Assembly (NCBI RefSeq): GCF_001194135.2
Contig: NC_068997.1
Location: 56,968,929-57,032,928, forward strand
Origin: Octopus bimaculoides
Taxonomy: Eukaryota
Direction: 5' to 3'
DNA: 64,000 nucleotides
Below the pieces are notes generated by a model. The model was given only the letters and a program-made list of their open reading frames with translations, was not told where the DNA came from and made no database searches. The position numbers and the translations under genes were made by a program. Each line of letters begins with the position of its first letter. Position 1 is the stretch's first letter. Below are positions 1 to 11,113 of this stretch, piece by piece.

Positions 1-871
1 TAAGTAACTCCATAAATAATATTGGTTACTACAACAATGTGTGGAACGGTGCTTGATGTGGACACCTTTACTGCAAATTTGTTATACAGTTAGAAGAAAT
101 ACCTGACCCTGTATTAATAAAAAATCTATCTAATGAAAGTGAAAGGACATGTTTTTATACATACCTTAGTAATTGAATCTACTTTCCTTTACAAATTCAA
201 AGAAGAAGCAGCAGTATGGGTGGATGGAACTCTCGTGACACTGTGTACGTGTCTGTGGAAGTATTTCTTTATTTGCAGCCAATAATTGAATATATTTTTC
301 ACAAGTAAATAATGTAGCTCCAGTATCTCATACATACATACATGCATAAACAAATACATACACACATGCATATATGCATAACATATATACATACACATAT
401 AAGTATTTCTCTGTCTTTACATAAGAAATGCCGATGCAATTAATTGTTCTCCTGAGAATGATGACAGGAAAGCAGAACATGTTTCTATCATTACCAGGAT
501 CATTGAGATATTCTACTTCCTCGGGGAATTATTCGATGGAGGGTTTAGACATCTCCATATCTCTATGACTATTTTCCATTTAACCTTAGAAAAAACTGTC
601 TCATAAGTCTTGGAGAACCTATTCTTGAGATTCTACTCTTCTACTTGGAATTTATATTCCTGATTTTAGAGCAGCAGTCCAAGAAAAGCATAATAATCAT
701 AGACACTGGTCATTTCTGAGAAGTTAGTGATTGCCGTTGCTGTTTTGTCCCAGATCAATTTCATAAAAAATATTGTGAAACAGACGTTCCATTCCTGACA
801 TTCACATCTTATTTTCAGACACATTTGTAAAAATAATGTACGCAATATGTGTTTAATATCTAAAGAAGTTA

Positions 872-1088
872 AAGCAGCAGGCTGGAAGAATCTTTAGCAC
901 GCCGGGCAAAATGTTTAACGTCATTTCGTCCGTCTTTACGTTCTGAGTTCAAATTACCCCGAGGTAGAATCTGTCTTCTATCATTTAGGGGTCGATAAAA
1001 TAAGTAACAGTTGAGCACTGGGGGTCGATGTAATCGATTTATCCCTCCCTCTTAATTGCTGGTCACGTGCAAAATTTGAATGCAATAC
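872..1088 (+). mobile_element. tRNA-derived SINE, family A, near full length
   Basis: A-box-like TGGAAGAATCTTTAGC, B-box-like GAGTTCAAATT, body GGGGTCGATAAAATAAGTAACAGTTGAGCACTGGGGGTCGATGTAATCGA. The same body recurs at several other positions in the window. Confidence 0.8.
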
Positions 1089-1596
1089 TTAAAAATGGTA
1101 AGTAGTGACCACATTGAGACACGCTTAAAAGTATGTTTGCCAATTATACCGACAGATACGATGTTTCTAAGTAGATTTGATAAAGTGTTTGTACATTTTT
1201 TCTTTTATAATTTTGCTTACATAAGCCCTTCGTGGTTATATCCACCTATATAGTGTCATTTCAACAGTTTACTAGACCTAAATATGCATTTTAGGCATTT
1301 TAATTTTTAATCTAAAATGCTCAATTATAATAAATTCCATTAGTCTAAATCCAACGTTCTACTCCCATTATTAAATTCTTCAAAGGGTTTATTTCCTACA
1401 GTATTTTCTTTTCCTTTTCTTTTAGTATTTAATACAAAAACTATTTAACCAGCTCGTTTTTCTTTTCGGTGGGTAATAAATATTCTATCACGCTTTCAGT
1501 ATTATACATACATCAATAATGAAAATAGTGACAAGGAAGACACATTATCGCAAAGCCGTTGTAAAATTTGTCTGTCTAAAAATATTAACATTTACC

Positions 1597-1628
<32 letters not shown>

Positions 1629-1870
1629 GTATGCATATGTAATTATATATGTTCGTGTGTGTCTGTGCACGTACATTGTATGTCTGGAAGTACTAAATTA
1701 TAGTTTACTCAGTCGATTTTACAGTTATCACATTTTAGAGAAAAATATTTTGTGCTGCCGAGGAAGATGGTTGCATTTCCCCAAACACAACGAAATCTCG
1801 AAAAATATAATTGCTTCAACCAATACAACCAGACCCAGTCCACTGATTATTATACTATAAACGTACATTC

Positions 1871-2125
1871 TTGGTATGGTTTCCAATATCAGATTCCTGA
1901 AACACAGTTGGTCTGTTTATTCTTAGTAAACAATCAGACCGTATTCTTTGAGCACAGTGAGATACTTCTAGTTGTTGGAGCAGAGTCAGAAATGATATTC
2001 TTGAGACACAGCTCGACTTCATTATATTCTTGGAGCAGATTGTCTAAGTATTCTTCAATCACAGTTAGTCGTTTCATAGACTTGGAGTAGAGTCAAAAGA
2101 TATAATATATTTTTGGAACACACAA
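1871..2125. repeat. degenerate tandem repeat with a unit of about 52-55 bp
   Basis: Anchors TTGG/TTAG at 1871, 1923, 1975, 2030 and 2082. ATTC..CACAG half-units end at 1907, 1957, 2011 and 2064. Confidence 0.65.
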
Positions 2126-2756
2126 GAAAATATTTAATTGTGTATTTCGCTTTTTTGCATATTAACTCTCTCGGTGGTCCTTAATGTGTGGCCCTCAAAT
2201 TATGGCTATTTGGTAAAATTTTTTGCTGGTATCTACATGCTTTTTTGTCCGATCATACTGTGCTTTGTAGCTTAATCATATGGCATCACTCTCATTCTCA
2301 AGTTGCCCAAATCCTTGTGAATATAAATAGGTCAGCTGAAAATAGGGAAATATATCAAATGGCTTATGTTCTTCGATGCCTGATTTTAGTTGAATCTACT
2401 CGTTGCCCTCAATAATATCAGCCTTCTAATCTAAAGGTTTTGCCACTTCTTCGTCGTATCCGCTTTGGAGGAACTATAAAGAGTTTGCGGTGCCGGTCTT
2501 CATTCTGAGTGAGAAAGCCAAAATCAGTATTTGCATTCTACACCTGTTATTTGTGAATGTATTTATTGATAATAGCGAAGTAAATATTCTCTTCCTAAAT
2601 TAGGACCCTACCAACATAGATGTCACGGTATGTTATACGTGGATAAAATCGTCTTTAAAATCCTCTTGTTGTTTATTGTCAAGAATTTTATTTTCTCAGT
2701 CATATGAAGGTGTATAAAACAATTCTAATTTATCCGACCTGAGCTAAGCTTCATAG

Positions 2757-2920
2757 TGTTGGTTTCAAATTTTGGTACACGACTAGCATTGCTGGGAAAG
2801 GTGTAAGTCAAATCATTGACACCAGTGTTCAGCAGAATTTGAACTCAGAACGTAAAGACGAACGAAATGCTGCTAAGCATTTTGTCCAGGATAGTAACAA
2901 TTCAGCCTGTTCGTTGCCTT
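2757..2920 (-). mobile_element. SINE family A, internally deleted copy
   Basis: GAATTTGAACTCAGAACGTAAAGACGAACGAAATG is the reverse complement of 926-956. Tail TGTTGGTTTCAAATTTTGGTAC. Confidence 0.75.
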
Positions 2921-3094
2921 CACAATGTTAACTTTTCACTTCAGTCGGTATCTTGACAAGAAATCGTGTTTTCGCTCCTAAAAACGCACGTTATATTTTA
3001 TTCACAATTTTTTTCTTCTCTATTCCCATTTATGATTGAAAGTTAGAAGTTGCGTTCTGTAGTTTATGGATACTGGAAGAATCGTTTTTCAAGT

Positions 3095-3240
3095 TTGATA
3101 CTTTTTCTCTCTAGTGCAGAAACGTGGCCTCTGGAAAGCAAACTGGAGCAAAACGTTATGAGTTTTCTTTATGGTAAATCGCGTATTACTCTTGACGTTG
3201 GAATGTTCTGCTTGAATGTGCAATGGTAACTGAAGCAAAA
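3095..3240 (+). mobile_element. possible decayed RTE LINE fragment
   Basis: LFLSSAETWPLESKLEQ...LNVQW resembles the RTE pattern LLYG(S/A)ETW.L...LE...LNV.W. Confidence 0.3.
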
Positions 3241-4346
3241 CTAGTATTTACCAATGCGTGTAGCATGAGCAAATACTTCTCACTCCAGCAAAAACCCACC
3301 GATGCTGCAGAGTTGTAGCCTGGACACAAACATTGCAATGTATCTCGTCTCAGGCTCTAAACGTTTAATTTCACTGGACATTATTTATCGAAAAGAATTC
3401 AAATTTCCCAGAGGAGGATTTGAAATCAGAGCGTTTGTAACTGCAACAACTTGCCGCGTTTTTACTAGTTACTATCTAAAACACTAAACCTCTGATACCT
3501 CAGCTATTGAGTAACAGTGTATTTTAGTTTCAGTGATTTAGAGGAAGCCATAATTGCAACCTACCGATCCATAAGACCCGATGGCAGCCATTAATATTAT
3601 CATAAGCAATCGCTTTCATATTTACTCATGTAGAGTAGATCCCTTTCAATTATCTTAATCTTTGTTAATTTATTCTTTTTAAATGGGATCATCAGAACCA
3701 TTACCAACGCTATCACGTATAACATTATTATTATTATTTTGTTTTAATTTTTATTATTATTACCGTCCTCATCATCTCTGTCACAGCCATCTTCATGAAA
3801 GTTATTGAATTTAACAAGAATAACGATAAAACCGAGATTAATGAGAATAACGAGCTTCTTCAGAATGACATTATTAATTATGATCCTCTTTGATAATTAA
3901 CTATGTAAATCTACCTTCAATTTTGTGCACTCTCTGTAATTTGCTTGACAAACTCGCAAATAGAGAGCAAGGATCCTCTTTGATTAATTAATCAAGTATT
4001 TAATCTATTCAACTTACATTACTGCTCACTGCTACCAGCTTCTGGCATCTTCCAATAATATCAGGTAATGTTGGATAGAAACTTTTGCCACGTTCACATG
4101 ATGGAATGGGTGTTCAGTGAGGATCAAGGTGAAAGTTACATGGAGGCGAACGGAAATGCACTTGTAAGAAAGTGGCGAATACAGAGAGCCTGTGATGCAG
4201 CAGTAGCAGCAGTAGCAGCAGCGGCAACGAATATCGCAGATTAAAGCTGATGAACGAATTTAGAAGTTCACTTCAAATGATTCTGATAACGGTTGAAACG
4301 GACTAAAGACTTACGTATTTTAAAATAGGAATATAAGTAAGGTTGC

Positions 4347-4395
<49 letters not shown>

Positions 4396-4554
4396 TCGGA
4401 GTTTGTGGTTGTATGTGAGTGTCATTCTCTATGTCAGTATGTTTCGCAAACACATTCAAACATTATTACACTGTCATATACAAAGAAATACATATACGTG
4501 TATACATACATACAAATGTGTGTGAGTGTATGTATATCAGCGCGCACGATATAT

Positions 4555-4700
4555 GTGCGTTTGCCTTTTTCACACCATATGGTTCTGGGTTCAGTCCCAC
4601 TGCGTGGCACCTTGGACAAATGTCTTCTATTATAGCCACGGGCCAGCCAAAGTCTTGTGAGTGGATTTGGTTGACTGAAAATGTAAGAAGCTGTCATGTC
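4555..4700 (+). mobile_element. tRNA-derived SINE, family B (CORE-like centre)
   Basis: GGTTCTGGGTTCAGTCCCACTGCGTGGCACCTTGGACAAATGTCTTCT. The CCTTGG(G/A)CAA segment resembles the CORE-SINE centre. Related copies at 34745-34805 (+) and 42150-42310 (-). Confidence 0.7.
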
Positions 4701-4827
4701 TGTATATATATATATATATAGCTATATGTGTGTGTGTGTGTGTTTATTATGGATGTATTATTTATCTGTGTGTGTGTGTCTGCGTATGTGTGCATCTTTC
4801 TGTCTTTGTTTGTCTCCCACCAAAGCT

Positions 4828-4972
4828 AGAATATTGGTGTAGGTGTGTTTATGTAACCTAGCGGTTCGACTTAGAAATCTGTCCCGGGGTCGATTTGTTC
4901 GACTAAAAGCCATTAAGGCGATGCCCCAACATGGCCGCAGCCAAATGATTGAAACAGGTAAAGGATGAGAAA
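4828..4972 (+). mobile_element. SINE-like repeat, family C (3' part)
   Basis: CATGGCCGCAGCCAAATGATTGAAACAGGTAAA matches the reverse complement of 33290-33325 (CATGGCCGCAGTCAAATGACTGAAACAAG). Confidence 0.6.
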
Positions 4973-5232
4973 CAAACATACGCATACACACACATACACA
5001 CATTGTGTGTATGATTGAATCAGTGTACATTTATATGCAGAAATATGTCTTGGCTCAGCCGCCTTGCGCACACGTGCGCCCATATTCACGCGGAAGCATA
5101 TATCTACGCAACAGTACTCAGCCACTTAGTTTAGTTAAGAACTATATTACTTCACATAACTTAATATAATTGAGAACTATATTAAGAAAATTTCACAAGC
5201 GGAACCGGCATCGTAATATTTACAAGCCATAG

Positions 5233-5285
<53 letters not shown>

Positions 5286-5980
5286 GTATACGCTGAGTGC
5301 ATTGTTATGTGTCTGTGCCTCTCTGATTCTCTGCATTCTTATATGTCCATGAGTATGTCTGTTTGTCTTTCTATCTGTCTGTCTGTGTTTTTTTGTCTTT
5401 TTTTAAATAACTACAGAACCATTCTGCGTGTGGCAACGTTCACTTGTATATGTGTGTGTGCGTATCTGTTCGACTTAGTGTTTCTGTATATTTGCGTTTC
5501 TGTGTCTGTGTGTTCGTATCTGCAGAGTCTGCTGCTTCCTCTCAATCGCCTGACTGCGTGCGTGTGTGCACGTAGTTGGCGTGTATTTGTTTGACCATTC
5601 TTCGTCGTTGCACTCATATTTCTCGTGTGGGGATATGTGTGTGTGTGTCTCTGTCTGTCTGTCTGTCTCTTTGGATCGATATACATGTGCGTCTTTGTGA
5701 GTATGAGTGTGTCTGTTTGAGCGTCACTTACACACACTCTGAGCTGAGATCGGCGTATCTGTATAAATATAAATAACTGTGCTTGCGTGAGTCTCTCTCT
5801 ACGTTTGCACTGTGTTTGTGCATGTGTGTTCGCTTCTATGTGTGTATTGGTGTGTGCGTGTGTGTGCACCGATTTGAAGACTAATTTATAGCAGAAAGTT
5901 GTAATGTCAGTAGGGGAGCAGAGTCTAGTAGAATGTTTGAGCATGTTCATATCTGTATATACAAAGTGTATATGTGTACG

Positions 5981-6018
5981 TAGTTCTGGGCGCTGCTCGA
6001 GCGAAACTAACACGGCAA

Positions 6019-6055
<37 letters not shown>

Positions 6056-6150
6056 AAAAGTAACCCGAGAAAGTACAAATGTGCAAATAAAGTGGAGATA
6101 AGATTTGATAGAAAATATTAACGTTTTTGTTGAATGTTAACAGTAATGTT
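5981..6150. repeat. unclassified (TA)n-split repeat, copy 1
   Basis: TAGTTCTGGGCGCTGCTCGAGCGAAACTAACACGGCAAG-(TA)n-...TGCAAATAAAGTGGAGATAAGATTTGATAGAAAATATTAACGTTTTTGTTGAATGTT. The same two blocks occur in the same order at 7969-8350. Confidence 0.75.
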
Positions 6151-6518
6151 NNNNNNNNNNNNNNNNNNNNNNNNNNNNNNNNNNNNNNNNNNNNNNNNNN
6201 NNNNNNNNNNNNNNNNNNNNNNNNNNNNNNNNNNNNNNNNNNNNNNNNNNNNNNNNNNNNNNNNNNNNNNNNNNNNNNNNNNNNNNNNNNNNNNNNNNNN
6301 NNNNNNNNNNNNNNNNNNNNNNNNNNNNNNNNNNNNNNNNNNNNNNNNNNNNNNNNNNNNNNNNNNNNNNNNNNNNNNNNNNNNNNNNNNNNNNNNNNNN
6401 NNNNNNNNNNNNNNNNNNNNNNNNNNNNNNNNNNNNNNNNNNNNNNNNNNNNNNNNNNNNNNNNNNNNNNNNNNNNNNNNNNNNNNNNNNNNNNNNNNNN
6501 NNNNNNNNNNNNNNNNNA
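6151..6518. other. assembly gap (N run)
   Basis: N characters. Other gaps: 8056-8242, 11136-11237, 15574-15592, 35584-35690, 42530-42582, 52635-53021, 61135-61732. Confidence 1.
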
Positions 6519-7060
6519 ACTCTAGCCAAGAGTTTTTATTATTGGAGACATATCCGGGAGTAGAAGGTTGGTCCGGAATTTGTAAAGAAATTTGTCCAGT
6601 AAACATTTTAATTTTATGGGATCCGTTTCCGTTCTGGCGTATTTTGGTATTAAAGAGAGCTGGATCGGTTGAGTTAAAGTAATTGTGACGTAATGTTGCT
6701 ATGTGTACCGAGTTAGATTTTTGTAGTCGGCGGAAAGCACGGGGGCCAAGTCTTGGGTGGATTTTAAAATTGATGCCAACATCATTTGTATAATATTGAT
6801 GGAATATTTTCCACTTCATACAAGTGATGTAGCGCTCCCGGCGGCGTTGGACAGAATAGAGATTGAATTTTTTAGTCAACCCCAATAGTGAATGCCTTTC
6901 ATGCCATTTACTTTCATAATGAGGTGCTTCGTATGGGAGGACCACAGTGGGCAATAGTACTCAAGGTGGGGTCAGGCAAAAGTAGAGAAGGGTTAGGGTG
7001 CAGGCATCTCCAGACTGGAAACTTCTCAGAATCCAGGGGCACTTCTTGCGGGCTACAGAG
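6519..7060 (-). mobile_element. CR1/L2-type non-LTR retrotransposon, degenerate C-terminal ORF2 segment running into a gap
   Basis: Minus-strand translation across two frameshifts and stops: VARKKCPWILRSFQSGDACTLTL/FSTFA*PHLEYYCPLWSSHTKHLIMKVNGMKGIHYWG*L/KKFNLYSVQRRRERYITCMKWKIF...PDQPSTPGY. It matches the RPHLEY..W.P and LYSL.RRRERY motifs typical of the post-RT region of CR1/L2/jockey-group LINEs. Confidence 0.85.
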
Positions 7061-7063
7061 GAT

Positions 7064-7848
7064 CAGCTGGGCACCTTTTGTGAGCAAAAAAAAGCACCAT
7101 AACTCAATTCACTCTGTTAGAAACTTGGAAACATGCTGTATTGCTTGGCATTCGCGCCGGAAGCTCCAATACGAATATTTCATAGTGTTTGGAGCCAATC
7201 TGAGGACAGTGCAATCTAAGGAGATAAACCGAAAGGGATAAAAACCAAACATCCAGGTGTTTGGAGTGATCACTAGTGATGGCGACGTTATTCCTCCATT
7301 CATCTTCCGACATAGTCTCCGTCTCAACACGTAGGCCTACATCAAGTGCCTGGAGGATGTAGTGCTGCCCTAGGTGAGGAGAGTGGCTGCTGGAGGAAAC
7401 CATGTCTGGCAACAGGACTCTACCCCATACCACGCAAGCAGGAGAATACACTCATGGCTGTCAGACAATTTCTGTTACCACATCACCGCTACCATCTGGC
7501 CACCTAACTTCCCAGACTGCAACATCCTTGATTATTATATTTTGAGCGCAGTAGAGCGAGACAATAACAAAAGGAACTCCTTGTAATACCAAAGATGAAC
7601 TAAAGGCAAAGATTATGGCAGCATTCACCAACTTAAACAAAGAGACCAGCCAGAAGAGTTGCAGAAGATCCCGAATTTGTCTGGTGGCTGCGATCTAAGT
7701 CAATGGTAATTATTTAAAAATAAATTTTCTCTTTCGTATTTCAAGATATCGTTATGTAATTTTTAGTAAATATAACTGTTAAAATGAGATGCCAGCGTCA
7801 ATCCACTTTTGCGTAATTTAGGTGACAATTTGTTCACCGCACGCTTTA
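7064..7848 (+). mobile_element. maT (DD37D, Tc1/mariner superfamily) internally deleted transposon, copy 1
   Basis: Translation KTKHP/VFGVITSDGDVIPPFIF...VWQQDSTPYHASRRIHSWLSDNFCYHITATIWPPNFPDCNILDYY has exactly 37 residues between the 2nd and 3rd catalytic D. Stops and frameshifts are present. Ends TTCACCGCACGCTTTA. Homologous along its length to 59607-60388. Confidence 0.9.
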
Positions 7849-7968
7849 TATATGTGTATACATATACTTATTTATATGTGTGTTTGCATATTTATACATA
7901 CATGCATATGTGTGTATGTATCTATATATGCATAAATGTGTGTGTCTGTCTGTGTGCGTATGTATATA

Positions 7969-8012
7969 TAGTTCTGAGCGCTACTTGAGCGAAAGCAACA
8001 CGGGAAAGTATA

Positions 8013-8046
<34 letters not shown>

Positions 8047-8350
8047 CATATATATNNNNNNNNNNNNNNNNNNNNNNNNNNNNNNNNNNNNNNNNNNNNN
8101 NNNNNNNNNNNNNNNNNNNNNNNNNNNNNNNNNNNNNNNNNNNNNNNNNNNNNNNNNNNNNNNNNNNNNNNNNNNNNNNNNNNNNNNNNNNNNNNNNNNN
8201 NNNNNNNNNNNNNNNNNNNNNNNNNNNNNNNNNNNNNNNNNNTATATATATATATATATATATATATGTGCCTCTGTTTCAATGCAAATAAAGTGAAGAG
8301 ATTTGGTGGAAAATATTAACGTTTTGTTGAATGTTGAGAGTAATATGTTA
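7969..8350. repeat. unclassified (TA)n-split repeat, copy 2
   Basis: TAGTTCTGAGCGCTACTTGAGCGAAAGCAACACGGGAAAG-(TA)n/gap-TGCAAATAAAGTGAAGAGATTTGGTGGAAAATATTAACGTTTTGTTGAATGTT. Confidence 0.75.
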
Positions 8351-9149
8351 CTGTCCACGTGATTTCAGAGGTTTTCCTCCATAATAGCAATCATGTATTC
8401 ATGCAGCGAACTGTAGATGATAAATCAATGGTTTAGTCTCTCCCGTGAACATCATGAAGTATACTGCTAACCTACTTTGATTAGGCTCTTACACGACAGT
8501 TACATGATAACAATGTAAGAATAAAAATAATTATTTTCTTATTTTCATGTAGATCTGCTGTTCTAATATTTCTCCTTTTCCTCAGCATTCTTGTAATGAG
8601 AAAGCTGATTTTCAAATAATGCGATACTAATTTAAATACCGTCAGTATTTTCGCCATTCCTATTCCTTCTTTCATCAAACACGTCATAGATACACAGAGA
8701 CTTCTCCAGCCTTACATAGTTACGGGAGTTCATCCTATTTCACTGCTGCAGTTATTTCTTTCCTTTGCCAGTCTCATTGTGGATTTAATTCTTCTCTAAT
8801 TGGGTTCTTCCCACTTTCATAACACATATTTCTTATACCAGTAAGCCACTAATTAGCTTCACACATTATCTAGCAGCACACGTTTCATATACTCAGCAGG
8901 TATCACTAGTTAAAGACGTGATAGACTCGTGTATAAAGCCTAGGCAAATCAGTCGCATATCGTGAGTTCAAATCAAATCTAAATTATTTATTTTTATGTA
9001 AATGAGCAAAATATCTTAATCTGTTATTCAGTTGAATGCTTGAGTGTAGACAAAATTTCCAAGGAAACATTTTCTGTAGTTGGATGGTAACCTCTTTAGG
9101 AATTATTTATATTACCTGAAGCTTGCATTAAGAAAGTGGAACTAAGATC

Positions 9150-9620
9150 TAGTTGCCAAATTCTCTTAATGTGCATTACAATATCCTATGATTAAATGCT
9201 CATTCGCTTAGTATCCAATTTCTCTCGTCCAGGGATCATATTTCTTTATATTCCAAGCAAATAATGTGTTGACACCTTCAGCTTTTAAAACTGAAAATAT
9301 TCTACGTTTAATTCCTAACCGTTTTAGTCCAAAGTATATGCATACTGCTTCTGAGGGTATTGGAGGCTATTCCAGTATTGGGAGATCATCAGTAGATATT
9401 CTACGTGACAGTCAGCCAAGTCGGTGTCCTAAATGAACTTTATGAGCAATGAAGGAATTAAGGATGAGATGCTGGTTTTCAATTTGGGGCACAGACTCAA
9501 AAGCTGATCATCGTGAAGTGATTCAAACTTCAGTAGATTTTGAAATTCTCTCCCAGTTTCTCATATTATCTTCGCTTTCAAAAACTAAAGTCTACTGTAT
9601 TTTGCCCACTAAATATCCAT
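9150..9620 (-). mobile_element. highly decayed CR1/L2-type LINE 3' fragment
   Basis: Minus strand NWERISK/LLKFESLHD and FIAHKVHLGHRLG echo the YW.RL..L.LYSL and F..HPRLG segments of the 6519-7060 LINE. Many indels. Confidence 0.33.
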
Positions 9621-10221
9621 CTGTTACCGGATTTACAGATGCAATAACTAAATACCTTAACTCCTGTTTATGGATTTTCTTTTTTTGTTTTACATAAACG
9701 TCTTCTCTGAAGTATTTCAAAATATCGATAAATATTTCAATTAATATTCTGTATGTTACCTTGAAATCTATAAATGTGAATCATAATATCGTATGATATA
9801 CGAGAGCATTTTCCTCAACGAGATTTGCACACGACATTAAACAGCCTGAGTTAAGCTAGGATGGCGACTCGATGTCACTTGGAGATTTGAATATTATTTA
9901 CCAAATTTTTGTATGTAAACACTTTCACATAATATAAACATAACAGAATAACATCAGCGAACGATATATTGATCAAAAGTAAACGATACTCCTACTTCTA
10001 TCGCTAATAAATAATTACCCCCTCCCACATACACACATAAACAGCTTTTTAGCACGATAAATCTCTACTAGCTACTTTGTCATGACGAATATCACGTTAT
10101 TAAGATCTTTTACATTACATTCATGTTTAGTAGGATACAAAGATTGCTGATCGCTACCAATGCTGCTTCCGTCGCCAATGACTAACACACACACACATAC
10201 ACACACACACATATCTATGTA

Positions 10222-11113
10222 TCAGGTCATCCCATAAGATCTGTCTGAATTTTGAATAAAGAAAACAAGAGATCAAATGTTATATTTAATTGAAATTTAA
10301 TCATCAATGTACTTTCCCTGATTATCTATTTACAAGCTTTTTAATCCCATCAATGTAAAACACTTTTGGTTTCAAAGTGAAGAACTCAGAAATGTCAGTT
10401 TCAACTTCCTCCTGGCTTGCGAAATTTATGTTCCACAAATATTTCTGTAAACTACGAAACAAATGGTAGTCTGAAGAAGCAAGGTCGGCAGAATATGTGG
10501 AGTGAGGAATTTTTTCCCAGCAAAGCTCTTCGATCTTCTGTGAACTGATCTTTGCAGTGTGGGGTCACGGTTTGTCCTGATGAAACATCACTCCTTTTCG
10601 ATTCACTTAAAGCGGGTCTTTTTTTCTTCAAAGCTTGGTTCAAACGCTCTAATTGCTGACAGTAGACTTGAGCATTGATTGTTGCATTAGGTGGTAACAA
10701 TTCAAAGTGAGTTATACCTTTGCAATCCCACCAGATAGAATTTTCATTTTTAGTCACCAGTCACAAGTCTATCCAAAAAAGGTGAAATCAGTTCACGAGA
10801 ATGGACAGAAGAGCAGATGTCAACTCGGGATTTGCAGTTGCTTTCAGACAATTCATGAGGCACCCGTTTTCCAAGTTTAGGAGTCTTTCCAAGTTGTTGA
10901 AGTTGAGGATGAACAGTTGTGTGGTTTGAACTAAGCTTTATTGCAAATTATTCAACTGATAATGCAGGATTTTCTTCAAGTGATGCCTCAAGAAGCTTAT
11001 TATCAAACTCAGCTGGACGTCCTATTCGATCTTCATCTTCAAGGCTGAAATGACCACTTCTGAATTTTGAAAACCATCTTCTGCAAGTTCTTTCATTCAA
11101 GCATTCTTTCCCA
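10222..11113 (-). mobile_element. mariner (DD34D) transposon remnant; 5' end lost at a (TA)n run and gap
   Basis: Minus strand reads GKECLNERTCRRWFSKFRSGHFSLEDEDRIGRP...KRVPHELS...FLDRLVTGD*K, then SIWWDCKGITHFELLPPNATINAQVYCQQLERL, then HQDKP*PHTAK...HSTYSADLASSDYHLFRSL (D-34-D). A probable TIR TCAGGTCATCCCATAAGATCTGTC follows a TA at 10220-10221. Confidence 0.92.

Noticed and set aside
452-485. CTGAGAA…GCAGAACATGTT as a hammerhead remnant
   Set aside because: Both core halves and stem II need several changes. Isolated CTGANGA words at about 4247, 14328, 28536 and 42954 likewise lack stem II plus GAAA.
5411-6013. 200-aa minus-strand ORF rich in H/T/Q
   Set aside because: Translation of degenerate (TG)n-rich DNA.
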